From contig JABGUJ010000003.1 of NCBI GenBank assembly GCA_018646625.1, positions 228,509 to 292,508 on the forward strand: a stretch of 64,000 bases of DNA, written 5' to 3'. Source of the DNA: Candidatus Woesearchaeota archaeon (GTDB lineage Archaea > Nanobdellota > Nanobdellia > Woesearchaeales > JABGUJ01). The number at the start of each line of letters is the position of its first letter. Position 1 is the stretch's first letter. Made by a program: the position numbers and the translations under genes. Shown piece by piece: positions 17,765 through 26,223 of this stretch. Below the pieces are notes generated by a model. That model had not been told where the DNA came from and made no database searches. It saw only the letters and a program-made list of their open reading frames with translations.

Positions 17765-19576
17765 TTAATTTTTGTAAGCTTTCTCAATAGCTAAAGAATG
17801 AGCATCAAAATAATTATGCACTAAAACCTTCCAATCAGCAAGATGCGCCAACTGTTTTGCTTTCATTTTCTCCTCAACTCTACCCTTCTGATTTAACTTT
17901 GTAAAGTTATGAAGAATCTCAAAGAAATGTTGTATGGATTCCTCCTCAGGAACGTGAAACCTTTTCAAGACATAAATACCAGATGTAGTGTCTGCCTTCT
18001 CTTGAATAAATCTACCAAAACCACCTAGATCAGTCGTCAAAGAAGGAACACCCAAAGCCGCACTCTCTAAAGGAGTATAACCCCAAGGCTCATAATAACT
18101 TGGAAACAAACCCATATGACAACCAGTTATGGCCTCATAATAAGGCAAGTCAATTAAACCATCCACACCCGTTAAATAAACAGGATAGAATATAACTTTA
18201 ACATTATCATCCTCTTTATTATCCAAACCATTTTCTAAAAAAGCGTTAATTATAGGATCTTGATCTTCATTAGAAATATTATGTGTAACCAAATGAGGAT
18301 TACCTTGCTTAACAAAGCTCATCCTAAGCTTTTTTGCAGCAGTCAAGAATTCTTTATCAAAAACAGGCACAGTTTTACCAAATGCCAAAGGATCGCAAAG
18401 ATCTTCAGAATCACAAGCCATCACATTACGCACAATACGATCAAATACTGCACTTTGTTTCTCCGTAACATAATTTCGTATACGATTATAACTTATTTTG
18501 TTCAAAGAAAGATCCATCTTTGCACCATGGACATCTCGAGGAATCCAAAAGAAAGCAACGATAGTTTTCTTAGACTTCTCAGCCTTTAGTGCTTCATTAA
18601 GTTTAGCAAGAGCTTTAATAAAAATATCAAGACCTTTATTCTTATACTCATACCGCCCCACTATAAACAAATTCAAAGATTCTTCAATATCAAAGTAATA
18701 GTAAGGAAAGAAATAATATGAAATGAATTCTCTAATAATATCTCGATTCTTTCTATGCATAACAGAAGTTTCTTCAAACGTTGGAAACTTATCAATATCC
18801 AAACCATTCAACAACAACACATCAGGTTTTCTACCTAATAACTTCTCAGCCTCTAACCCAGTTATCTCGGAAACGGTTGTAAAGGCATCAGCATTATGCG
18901 CACATGCCTTCTCAGTCGAAAACTTATCCATAATACCAGAATTCTTAGCTTCTTCTTCGGGATTAATTTGATCTAGAGAATCATACAAATCTCTTCCAGC
19001 TCCAGCAATCGTCCTACCCAACATAGTTGCATGAGTCGTGAACACAGTACCGCACTGAACATTATTCAATTTTAAATAAAGTAAAGCAAAACCAGCCAAC
19101 CACTCATGAAAATGACCAACAACTTTTTTATTACCATCACGAACATTGACAAAACCTTCAATCAACTTACCCACAGCTGTGGCCCAAACTAAAGGCTCTT
19201 CAAAATCCCATCCAGAATTTAAAGAATCAACTTGGAATTTATCCCAATATAAAGATTTAAGATCGTTCTTCTTATCTGCTAAACCAGACGAATCAATCAA
19301 GATCGTCTTTGGCTCTCCTTTAATCAACCACTTACCATAGTGACAAGTTATTCCTTCTTTAGCCAAATCTTGAAAAACCTTCTCAAACTCTAAAGGCACA
19401 GTATCACTCTCAAAGGAAGTATCTGCCTTCTCTTTAAAGTAGGGACCAATCAGAAAATAGTTTTGATAATTATCATTTATCAAAGCGGCTTTCGATTTAA
19501 CAACAGTGAAGATTCCTCCAACTTTATTACATACCTCCCAAGAAGCCTCGAAAAGATAGTCAGCCTTATCACCCAT
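17765..19576 (-). CDS. Glycogen synthase, GT3 (eukaryote-like) family
   Basis: FEASWEVCNKVGGIFTV, HFHEWLAG, FTTHATMLGR, GRYEYKNKG, FPSYYEPWGYTPLE. Confidence 0.93.
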   Translation of the reverse strand: MGDKADYLFEASWEVCNKVGGIFTVVKSKAALINDNYQNYFLIGPYFKEKADTSFESDTVPLEFEKVFQDLAKEGITCHYGKWLIKGEPKTILIDSSGLADKKNDLKSLYWDKFQVDSLNSGWDFEEPLVWATAVGKLIEGFVNVRDGNKKVVGHFHEWLAGFALLYLKLNNVQCGTVFTTHATMLGRTIAGAGRDLYDSLDQINPEEEAKNSGIMDKFSTEKACAHNADAFTTVSEITGLEAEKLLGRKPDVLLLNGLDIDKFPTFEETSVMHRKNRDIIREFISYYFFPYYYFDIEESLNLFIVGRYEYKNKGLDIFIKALAKLNEALKAEKSKKTIVAFFWIPRDVHGAKMDLSLNKISYNRIRNYVTEKQSAVFDRIVRNVMACDSEDLCDPLAFGKTVPVFDKEFLTAAKKLRMSFVKQGNPHLVTHNISNEDQDPIINAFLENGLDNKEDDNVKVIFYPVYLTGVDGLIDLPYYEAITGCHMGLFPSYYEPWGYTPLESAALGVPSLTTDLGGFGRFIQEKADTTSGIYVLKRFHVPEEESIQHFFEILHNFTKLNQKGRVEEKMKAKQLAHLADWKVLVHNYFDAHSLAIEKAYKN

Positions 19577-19812
19577 AAGAGAAAACACCCAAGATTAGTA
19601 TTTAAACTTTTAATACTACTTGAAAATGCAAAACAAAAACTCGTAACTACCGACTAAGTACACAAGAAAAAAGAGACTAAGACCAAAGAAGTATCAACGA
19701 TATAACTATTATAGACATATAATGAAAAGGTTTAAATACGCCAAAAACGAAACATTTCTTAGTTATTCAAAAAAGAGGGTCGGTTTACTGATCTCCTTAT
19801 GTAGGGGTATTC

Positions 19813-20511
19813 ATGGGAGATAAAGAGCACATAAAAGAGGTAATTGATAGCTCTAGCCTGGGCATCATATCATTAGATCTAGACGGGAGAGTACTATTCT
19901 GTAATCAAGCGTTCGAAAAGATTAGTTCATACTCTAAAGAAGAAATCATCGATCAAAACATATTCTCGTTAATAACAGCCATAACCAAAGAAGACTTCAA
20001 GACAATAATCAAAAAAGTAAACAAAGGAGAAGAGATTTCTCCAATAATATCCAAAAGCATGGAACACAAATCAAACAAATTTGATATTCTATACACAATA
20101 AACCCAAGAACCGAAAATAACCAAATAACGGGTATCAATGTCACATTCACAAACATAACAAATGTCATCAATGCAAAAGAATTCTTAGGAAAAATAGACT
20201 ACAGTCAACCAAGAAAAAAATCATTTAAAGAACTCAGAGCAAGAATTCTTATTTCACTATTAAAAAAACAGATGACCATTAATCAAGTATCTACTGCATC
20301 CAACATTAACTGGAAAACGGTAGAAGGACATCTAACATATCTCTGCGGAAAAGGCATGGTAACAGAAGTATTCAAAAGCGAATACATCAGAATATTCAAG
20401 ATAACAGATTTAGGTAAAGAATATCTTAAGAAAATTAGAGTAGCAATAATTGAAAAATACGTTTCAGTTCTTGAAGATTATCCTAACATTCTAAGGGAGG
20501 AGATCATATGA
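19813..20511 (+). CDS. PAS-domain plus winged-HTH regulator
   Basis: GIISLDLDGRVLFCNQAFEKISSYSKEEIID PAS motif; C-terminal TINQVSTASNINWKTVEGHL...KITDLG wHTH. Confidence 0.8.
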   Translation: MGDKEHIKEVIDSSSLGIISLDLDGRVLFCNQAFEKISSYSKEEIIDQNIFSLITAITKEDFKTIIKKVNKGEEISPIISKSMEHKSNKFDILYTINPRTENNQITGINVTFTNITNVINAKEFLGKIDYSQPRKKSFKELRARILISLLKKQMTINQVSTASNINWKTVEGHLTYLCGKGMVTEVFKSEYIRIFKITDLGKEYLKKIRVAIIEKYVSVLEDYPNILREEII

Positions 20512-21740
20512 AAGTCCTGATGTTCGGATGGGAGTTTCCTCCATTCAAAAGCGGAGGATTAGGAACCGCGTGCTATGATTTAACTAAAGGACTCTCCGCC
20601 ATAGGAACCAATGTAACATTCGTAATGCCACACGCATCCGATAAAGAACAAGCAGAGTTTGTAAAATTAGTTGGAACCAGCAATCTTAGTAAAAACATAA
20701 AGATAAAATCAGTCAACACAGTATTAACTCCGTACATGACTGCAGACCAGTACCACGATAAAATACAATCATTAAACGGAACATCAAACAGCAAAGAAGT
20801 ATACGGAAAGAACCTTTACGAAGAAGTAGAGCGGTTTTCTTTAATTGCACCACACGTTGCAAAAGAACAAGATCACGATTTAATTCATGTCCACGATTGG
20901 ATGACCTACAAAGCAGGAATATTAGCTAGAGAAAAAACAGGCAAACCACTAGTCGCACACATACACGCAACAGAGTTTGACAGAACGGGCGGAAATCCTA
21001 ACCCATTCATTAGTCACAGAGAATATGAAGGATTGAACGCTGCAGACATAGTTATCGCAAACAGCAACTACACAAAAGATAATGTTATCCAAGCATACGA
21101 CATAGATCCAGAAAAAATAAAAGTAGTACACTGGGGAATAGACCCCGAAAATCCACATTACGATCTTAACTATTCATCAGCACTATCTGACGCAGATAAA
21201 CTAGTTCTATTTCTTGGAAGAATAACTATACAAAAAGGCCCAGAATATTTTATTGAAGCTGCAAAGAAAGTCACGGAACATGTTGATAATGTTAAATTTG
21301 TAGTCGCAGGAGGAGGCGATATGCTTCCAGCCATGATAGATAAAGCCAACGAATTAGGAATAGGAGATAAAGTGATATTTAGTGGTTGGTTGAAAGGTGC
21401 CGACGTTCACAAAGCATTTCAAATGGCAGATCTATATGTAATGCCATCAGTCTCAGAACCATTTGGATTAGTAGCATTGGAATCTATGAAAAACAACACC
21501 CCCATATTAATTTCAAAACAGAGCGGTGCATCTGAAGTGATAAAGAACGCTCTAAAAACTAATTTCTGGGATGTGGACGAAATGGCCAACAAGATTGTAA
21601 ACACCCTCAAATACGATTCACTCTATCAAGATCTAAAAGAGAACAGCTACAAAGAGGCTCAAAAATTTAATTTAATTGAACCAGCAAGAAAAACATTAGA
21701 CATATATCACGAAGCTGTAGGAGGACTAAAAAATGGTTAG
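20508..21740 (+). CDS. GT4 glycosyltransferase (glycogen-synthase-like, alpha-glucan)
   Basis: MFGWEFPPFKSGGLG, HVHDWMT, HIHATEFDR, MPSVSEPFGLVALE. Confidence 0.9.
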   Translation: MKVLMFGWEFPPFKSGGLGTACYDLTKGLSAIGTNVTFVMPHASDKEQAEFVKLVGTSNLSKNIKIKSVNTVLTPYMTADQYHDKIQSLNGTSNSKEVYGKNLYEEVERFSLIAPHVAKEQDHDLIHVHDWMTYKAGILAREKTGKPLVAHIHATEFDRTGGNPNPFISHREYEGLNAADIVIANSNYTKDNVIQAYDIDPEKIKVVHWGIDPENPHYDLNYSSALSDADKLVLFLGRITIQKGPEYFIEAAKKVTEHVDNVKFVVAGGGDMLPAMIDKANELGIGDKVIFSGWLKGADVHKAFQMADLYVMPSVSEPFGLVALESMKNNTPILISKQSGASEVIKNALKTNFWDVDEMANKIVNTLKYDSLYQDLKENSYKEAQKFNLIEPARKTLDIYHEAVGGLKNG

Positions 21741-22980
21741 CATATGCTTTTACTTTCAAGTTCATCAACCTATGAGATTAAGAAACTACACTATATTTGA
21801 CATAGGTAAGAAAGAAGACTACTTCGACGATGAGAAAAATCTAGAAATATGTAGAAAGATCACAAGGAAATGTTACCTACCTATGAATAAACTCTTACTT
21901 GATCTAATCAACAAATATAACGGAAAATTCAAGATTTCATTCAGCATTAGTGGCGTCGCACTAGAACAGTTTGAAACTTATGCTCCCGAAGTATTAGAAA
22001 GTTTCAAAGCGCTAGCCAAGACTGGCCAAGTCGAGTTCTTGTCAGAAACATACTACCACTCCCTATCGTATCTATACTCTAAAGATGAATTTAAAGAACA
22101 AGTAGAAATGCACAAAAAGAAGATCAAAAAACTATTCAAACAAACACCCAAAGTATTCAGAAACACGGAATTGATCTACAACAACGAAATGGCAAACTAC
22201 GTAGAAAAACTGGGCTACACGGGAATATTGGCAGAAGGATGGGACAAAATTCTAGGATGGCGAAGTCCAAATTTCTTGTACAAACCTAAAGGCACAAAGA
22301 ATATGAAAGTTATGTTGAAAAACTACAGACTAAGTGACGACATCGCATTCAGATTTTCAAACAAAGGATGGAACGAATGGCCTTTATCAGTAGATAAATT
22401 CTCAAAGTGGTTAAACGCTGCCAACGGTGACGGAAACCTCGTAAACCTATTCATGGACTATGAAACATTTGGTGAACACCAATGGGAAGATACAGGAATC
22501 TTCAACTTCATGCAACAATTACCCGAAGAACTTCTAAGTCACAAAGACAACGAATTCGTAACAGTTAGTGAAGCATTAAAGAAATACGATACAGTTGGAG
22601 AATTAGATTGCCACCAAATGCTGTCGTGGGCTGATCTTGAAAGAGACTTAAGTGCTTGGTTGGGCAACAGAATGCAACAAGATTCCATAAAACGATTATA
22701 TGATCTAGAAAAAGACGTAAAGGCAACAAAAGACAAAGAATTAATCGAAAAATGGAGAAAACTCACCACCAGCGATCACTTCTACTACATGTGTGTAAAG
22801 TATTTCTCTGACGGAGACGTACACAAATACTTCAGCCCATATGACAATCCGTATGATTCATTCATAATATTCAGTAACGTAATGAACGACTTAATAATCA
22901 GAGTTAAAGAACTCAATAAACCAAAAAAACGAAGCAAAGACGTAGCTACAACTGCAATAACTGAACAAACCAGAACATAA
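21733..22980 (+). CDS. GH57 alpha-amylase-family glycoside hydrolase
   Basis: FQVHQP, ETYYHSL, FRNTELIY, FMDYETFGEH, TTSDHFYYM. Confidence 0.92.
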   Translation: MVSICFYFQVHQPMRLRNYTIFDIGKKEDYFDDEKNLEICRKITRKCYLPMNKLLLDLINKYNGKFKISFSISGVALEQFETYAPEVLESFKALAKTGQVEFLSETYYHSLSYLYSKDEFKEQVEMHKKKIKKLFKQTPKVFRNTELIYNNEMANYVEKLGYTGILAEGWDKILGWRSPNFLYKPKGTKNMKVMLKNYRLSDDIAFRFSNKGWNEWPLSVDKFSKWLNAANGDGNLVNLFMDYETFGEHQWEDTGIFNFMQQLPEELLSHKDNEFVTVSEALKKYDTVGELDCHQMLSWADLERDLSAWLGNRMQQDSIKRLYDLEKDVKATKDKELIEKWRKLTTSDHFYYMCVKYFSDGDVHKYFSPYDNPYDSFIIFSNVMNDLIIRVKELNKPKKRSKDVATTAITEQTRT

Positions 22981-22983
22981 GAG

Positions 22984-23379
22984 GTGAAAATCATGAATAG
23001 AAAAAGATCCCAACTAAGAACTGCTAAACCTACACAACGCACAGTCACCAGAAAACCTGCAGTCAGAAAATCAGTTTCAAAAACTAAAAAGGTGGAATCG
23101 CCTTTCAACATCGCGCCAATGGATAAAGCATTCCAGACGCTTGAAGGAAGAATGTTGAGAGACATCAAAGAACTAGCTTACGATCTAGAAAAGATGAACC
23201 ACGTTGTCTTCCAACACCATGTTAATTCCATGAAGAACGATTTTAGCAAATGGATGGGCGAAGTTCTAGGTGAGAAAGAATTATCAAAACTAGTTCATAA
23301 AATGCAAGACAAAGATCAGATTACTATTGCAATACTAAAACACATTGTAACAAAGCTAGAAAAGAAAAAGATAAAATAA
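22984..23379 (+). CDS. DUF5752-like protein with basic N-terminal tail
   Basis: F...G..LRDIKEL...F.HHV...NDFSKW..EVLG motif. Confidence 0.7.
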   Translation: MKIMNRKRSQLRTAKPTQRTVTRKPAVRKSVSKTKKVESPFNIAPMDKAFQTLEGRMLRDIKELAYDLEKMNHVVFQHHVNSMKNDFSKWMGEVLGEKELSKLVHKMQDKDQITIAILKHIVTKLEKKKIK

Positions 23380-23406
23380 ATCAAATTCAAAAAAGGGGTG
23401 ATTTAA

Positions 23407-23817
23407 GTGAAAGTAACACCAGAAGAAGCAAGAGAGATTCTCTCAAAGGTTGCATCTAAGCATCATTTCAAGCTTCATTTAGGCACAGACATAACAAACC
23501 TACATGAACTAGAAGAAGCAGTAGATATAATCTCAGCAGATAGTCTAAAACACCACATAGGAGATAAGAAAAACGATTTCTCCAGTTGGGTAAGAGAATG
23601 TGTTGGAGACGACCATCTCGCAAGAGAATTAAAAGACAAAAAAACAAAAAAAGCGATAAAAGGGGCACTAATTAAAAGAATCAGCTACCTAGAAAAGAAA
23701 GCCGCAGAAGGAAAACCCATCTCCGCAAAAGAATGGATGATGTATGGTCAAGTTGACTTCATGCTGGGTTTAATTGTTGGTTTTGTTGTAGGAATAGTGA
23801 TATCCATTTTACTATAG
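23407..23817 (+). CDS. DUF5752-like protein with C-terminal TM anchor
   Basis: NLHEL...HH...KNDFSSWVRECVGD motif; hydrophobic C-terminus; SD GGGGTGA. Confidence 0.7.
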   Translation: MKVTPEEAREILSKVASKHHFKLHLGTDITNLHELEEAVDIISADSLKHHIGDKKNDFSSWVRECVGDDHLARELKDKKTKKAIKGALIKRISYLEKKAAEGKPISAKEWMMYGQVDFMLGLIVGFVVGIVISILL

Positions 23818-23825
23818 AGATAGAA

Positions 23826-24443
23826 ATGCACAGTGTCGACAGGAGACTCAAGTACGGAATACTAGCGTTATTAATCACCCTAACACTTGTACTCTCCGGA
23901 TGCTACAAAGATGAAGTAAGAGAACTATCGGGAGAAACCATACTCATCAAATCCCCACCTCCAAAACCCGCACAATTAACTCCATTCTATTCAATAACTA
24001 AAGATTCTGAAAGAGCAGTAATACCAACAGAAACAAGAGTAGAACTTGACAGCGAAGACACAACAAAACACGAAAAGAGCATTCAGATAGGAGAAGATTT
24101 TCTAATTGATGGCGCAATGTGTAAAAGCACTTCCTTAGGATATAAAGAATGCAAACATACGGAAAAAGCCATAAACATAACTCTAAGAAACGGCTTAGGA
24201 AACATCGCAGGCACGTACTTCAGAATCTATTACAGCTCAAACAAATCTTTAACATATCCATTTGACGAAGACATTGGAAAGAAAGAATCAAAAACATTCA
24301 ACATAGATCTAACCGAATTGGGATTAACATTTGACATGGTAGACAAATTTGAAGTATATCCGCTAATCAAAATTAACAATACGTTAAAAGCATGCTACAA
24401 CAAAAAACTCTACGTAAGTCCCTTTAGTTGCAGAGAACACTAA
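23826..24443 (+). CDS. Hypothetical lipoprotein
   Basis: Signal peptide with lipobox LSGC; beta-rich C-domain. Confidence 0.6.
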   Translation: MHSVDRRLKYGILALLITLTLVLSGCYKDEVRELSGETILIKSPPPKPAQLTPFYSITKDSERAVIPTETRVELDSEDTTKHEKSIQIGEDFLIDGAMCKSTSLGYKECKHTEKAINITLRNGLGNIAGTYFRIYYSSNKSLTYPFDEDIGKKESKTFNIDLTELGLTFDMVDKFEVYPLIKINNTLKACYNKKLYVSPFSCREH

Positions 24444-24475
24444 AATATATAAATCACCAACACAAAAATACAAAT

Positions 24476-24667
24476 ATGGGATGCTCATTAGAAAAGAACA
24501 AAAAGCAATGTAAATGTACTTACGAACCTTGTTCTAGGAAAGGCAAATGTTGTGAATGTTTATCATACCACCTAGCCAGAAAAGAACTACCAGGCTGCTG
24601 CTTTTCAAAAGAGGCAGAAAAAACATACGACAGAAGTTTTGAAAAATTCATAGAAATAAACAGCTAA
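24476..24667 (+). CDS. Small Cys-rich protein (DUF6485-like)
   Basis: [21 protein letters not shown]...ELPGCCF...EKTYDRS; start at ATG 24476. Confidence 0.75.
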   Translation: MGCSLEKNKKQCKCTYEPCSRKGKCCECLSYHLARKELPGCCFSKEAEKTYDRSFEKFIEINS

Positions 24668-24671
24668 AACA

Positions 24672-25685
24672 ATGACACAAGAAAAAGTATGTATAATAGG
24701 AGCAGGAAACTTTGGAACAGCATTAGCCTATCAATTAGCTAAAAGTTGCAACCAGATTACAGTTTTTAGCATCGAACAAGAAGTTGTAGATTCAATAAAT
24801 AATAAGCACATAAACAAAAAATACCTCCCAACTATCACGCTACAACCTCACATTAAAGCTACAAAAAGTTATGAAGAAGCTATGCAAGATGCAAAATATA
24901 TCATAGTCTCAGTCCCATCACATATTATTGAAATTGTTCTAAAAGAAATGCATCCGCATTTTAAAGAAGGAATGATAATTGTAAACACAGCAAAAGGCCT
25001 AGATGAAAAAAGATTATGCAGAATGAGCGAGCTAATATCATTAAACGTTCCAGAATACATGAAAAAAGAAATTGTCTCAATGTCTGGACCATCCATAGCT
25101 AACGAAATGGCTAATGATGTTCCAACAGCCATAGCAATCGCATCAGAAAATCAAAATATTTTAGAAGATGCAAGAAACTTGTTTTCAAACGACAAATTTC
25201 AAGTTCTTATCAATCACGATCTAGCTGGCATAGAGTATGGAGGATTCTTCAAAAACGTAATAGCCATTGCTGCAGGAATGTGCGACGGACTAAACCTAGG
25301 AACAAATCTAAAAGCAGCAGTTGTTACAAGAGGATTCTATGAAATATCTAAAATCGCAGAGAAATGTGGCGCAGATCCAAAAACCCTAACAGGTCTTTCA
25401 GGATTAGGTGACTTGATAGTTACATCATTTAGCGAACATTCACGAAACAGAAGATTCGGAGAAGCCATAGCTAAAGGCAAAAGCTTTGATGAAGCTACCA
25501 AAGAAATTGGCCAAGTAGTTGAAGGAGTAAGAGCAACTAAAGCAGCCATAGAACTCGCTAAAAGAGAAAACATAGAACTCTGCTTGATAAAAGAAATATA
25601 CAACATCCTATACAATAATAAAGATCCAAAAACAGCATTAACTCATTTCTTTGAAGAAGAGAACAGTCACGAATTCCGAGACTAA
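24672..25685 (+). CDS. gpsA: NAD(P)H-dependent glycerol-3-phosphate dehydrogenase
   Basis: IIGAGNFGTALA, KGL, SGPSIA, KNVIAIAAG, GLSGLGDLIVT, SRNRRFG, VVEG. Confidence 0.95.
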   Translation: MTQEKVCIIGAGNFGTALAYQLAKSCNQITVFSIEQEVVDSINNKHINKKYLPTITLQPHIKATKSYEEAMQDAKYIIVSVPSHIIEIVLKEMHPHFKEGMIIVNTAKGLDEKRLCRMSELISLNVPEYMKKEIVSMSGPSIANEMANDVPTAIAIASENQNILEDARNLFSNDKFQVLINHDLAGIEYGGFFKNVIAIAAGMCDGLNLGTNLKAAVVTRGFYEISKIAEKCGADPKTLTGLSGLGDLIVTSFSEHSRNRRFGEAIAKGKSFDEATKEIGQVVEGVRATKAAIELAKRENIELCLIKEIYNILYNNKDPKTALTHFFEEENSHEFRD

Positions 25686-26170
25686 GCTCCAAACAATGTA
25701 GAAATCCAAGCACCTACAAACCTAGTTACAAACACAACAGCAACAGCAATTATAACATGTTCTAATATCACTCCCAATGGTTTTTCTTTACGAGATTTTG
25801 CAATAAAATAACTCAACACAGATAACGCCACAATCCCCCACACTACACTAACTAGTATTGCAGTACCCAACTCTAAGAATAAAGCAGGAATCAAGAATGT
25901 TGAAGAAAAAACTAACTTAGACGAGAACGTAGAAAGTGTTGCAGACCAAACATTCTTGTGAGAAGATTTCTTCTGAGACTCTTCAGACATATGTATTCCT
26001 AAGGCATCTGACATTGAATCAGCAATAGCAATAGTCATAATGCCCCCTATAACGACCATCTTAGAACCCGTAAAAGAGTACAAACCAACCATCAAACCTA
26101 ATGTAGTAATGATACCCGATGTTAGTCCAAAACACAATCCTCTAAACAAAGATTCCTTCATAATATACAA
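25682..26170 (-). CDS. VIT1/CCC1-like membrane protein
   Basis: FGLTSGIITTLGL, IAIADSMSDALGIHMSEE; multiple TM helices. Confidence 0.75.
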   Translation of the reverse strand: MYIMKESLFRGLCFGLTSGIITTLGLMVGLYSFTGSKMVVIGGIMTIAIADSMSDALGIHMSEESQKKSSHKNVWSATLSTFSSKLVFSSTFLIPALFLELGTAILVSVVWGIVALSVLSYFIAKSRKEKPLGVILEHVIIAVAVVFVTRFVGAWISTLFGA

Positions 26171-26223
26171 ACCACAAGAAGACTATAAAAAACTTATTAA
26201 AAAAAGAAAAAAAGAAAGAACAA

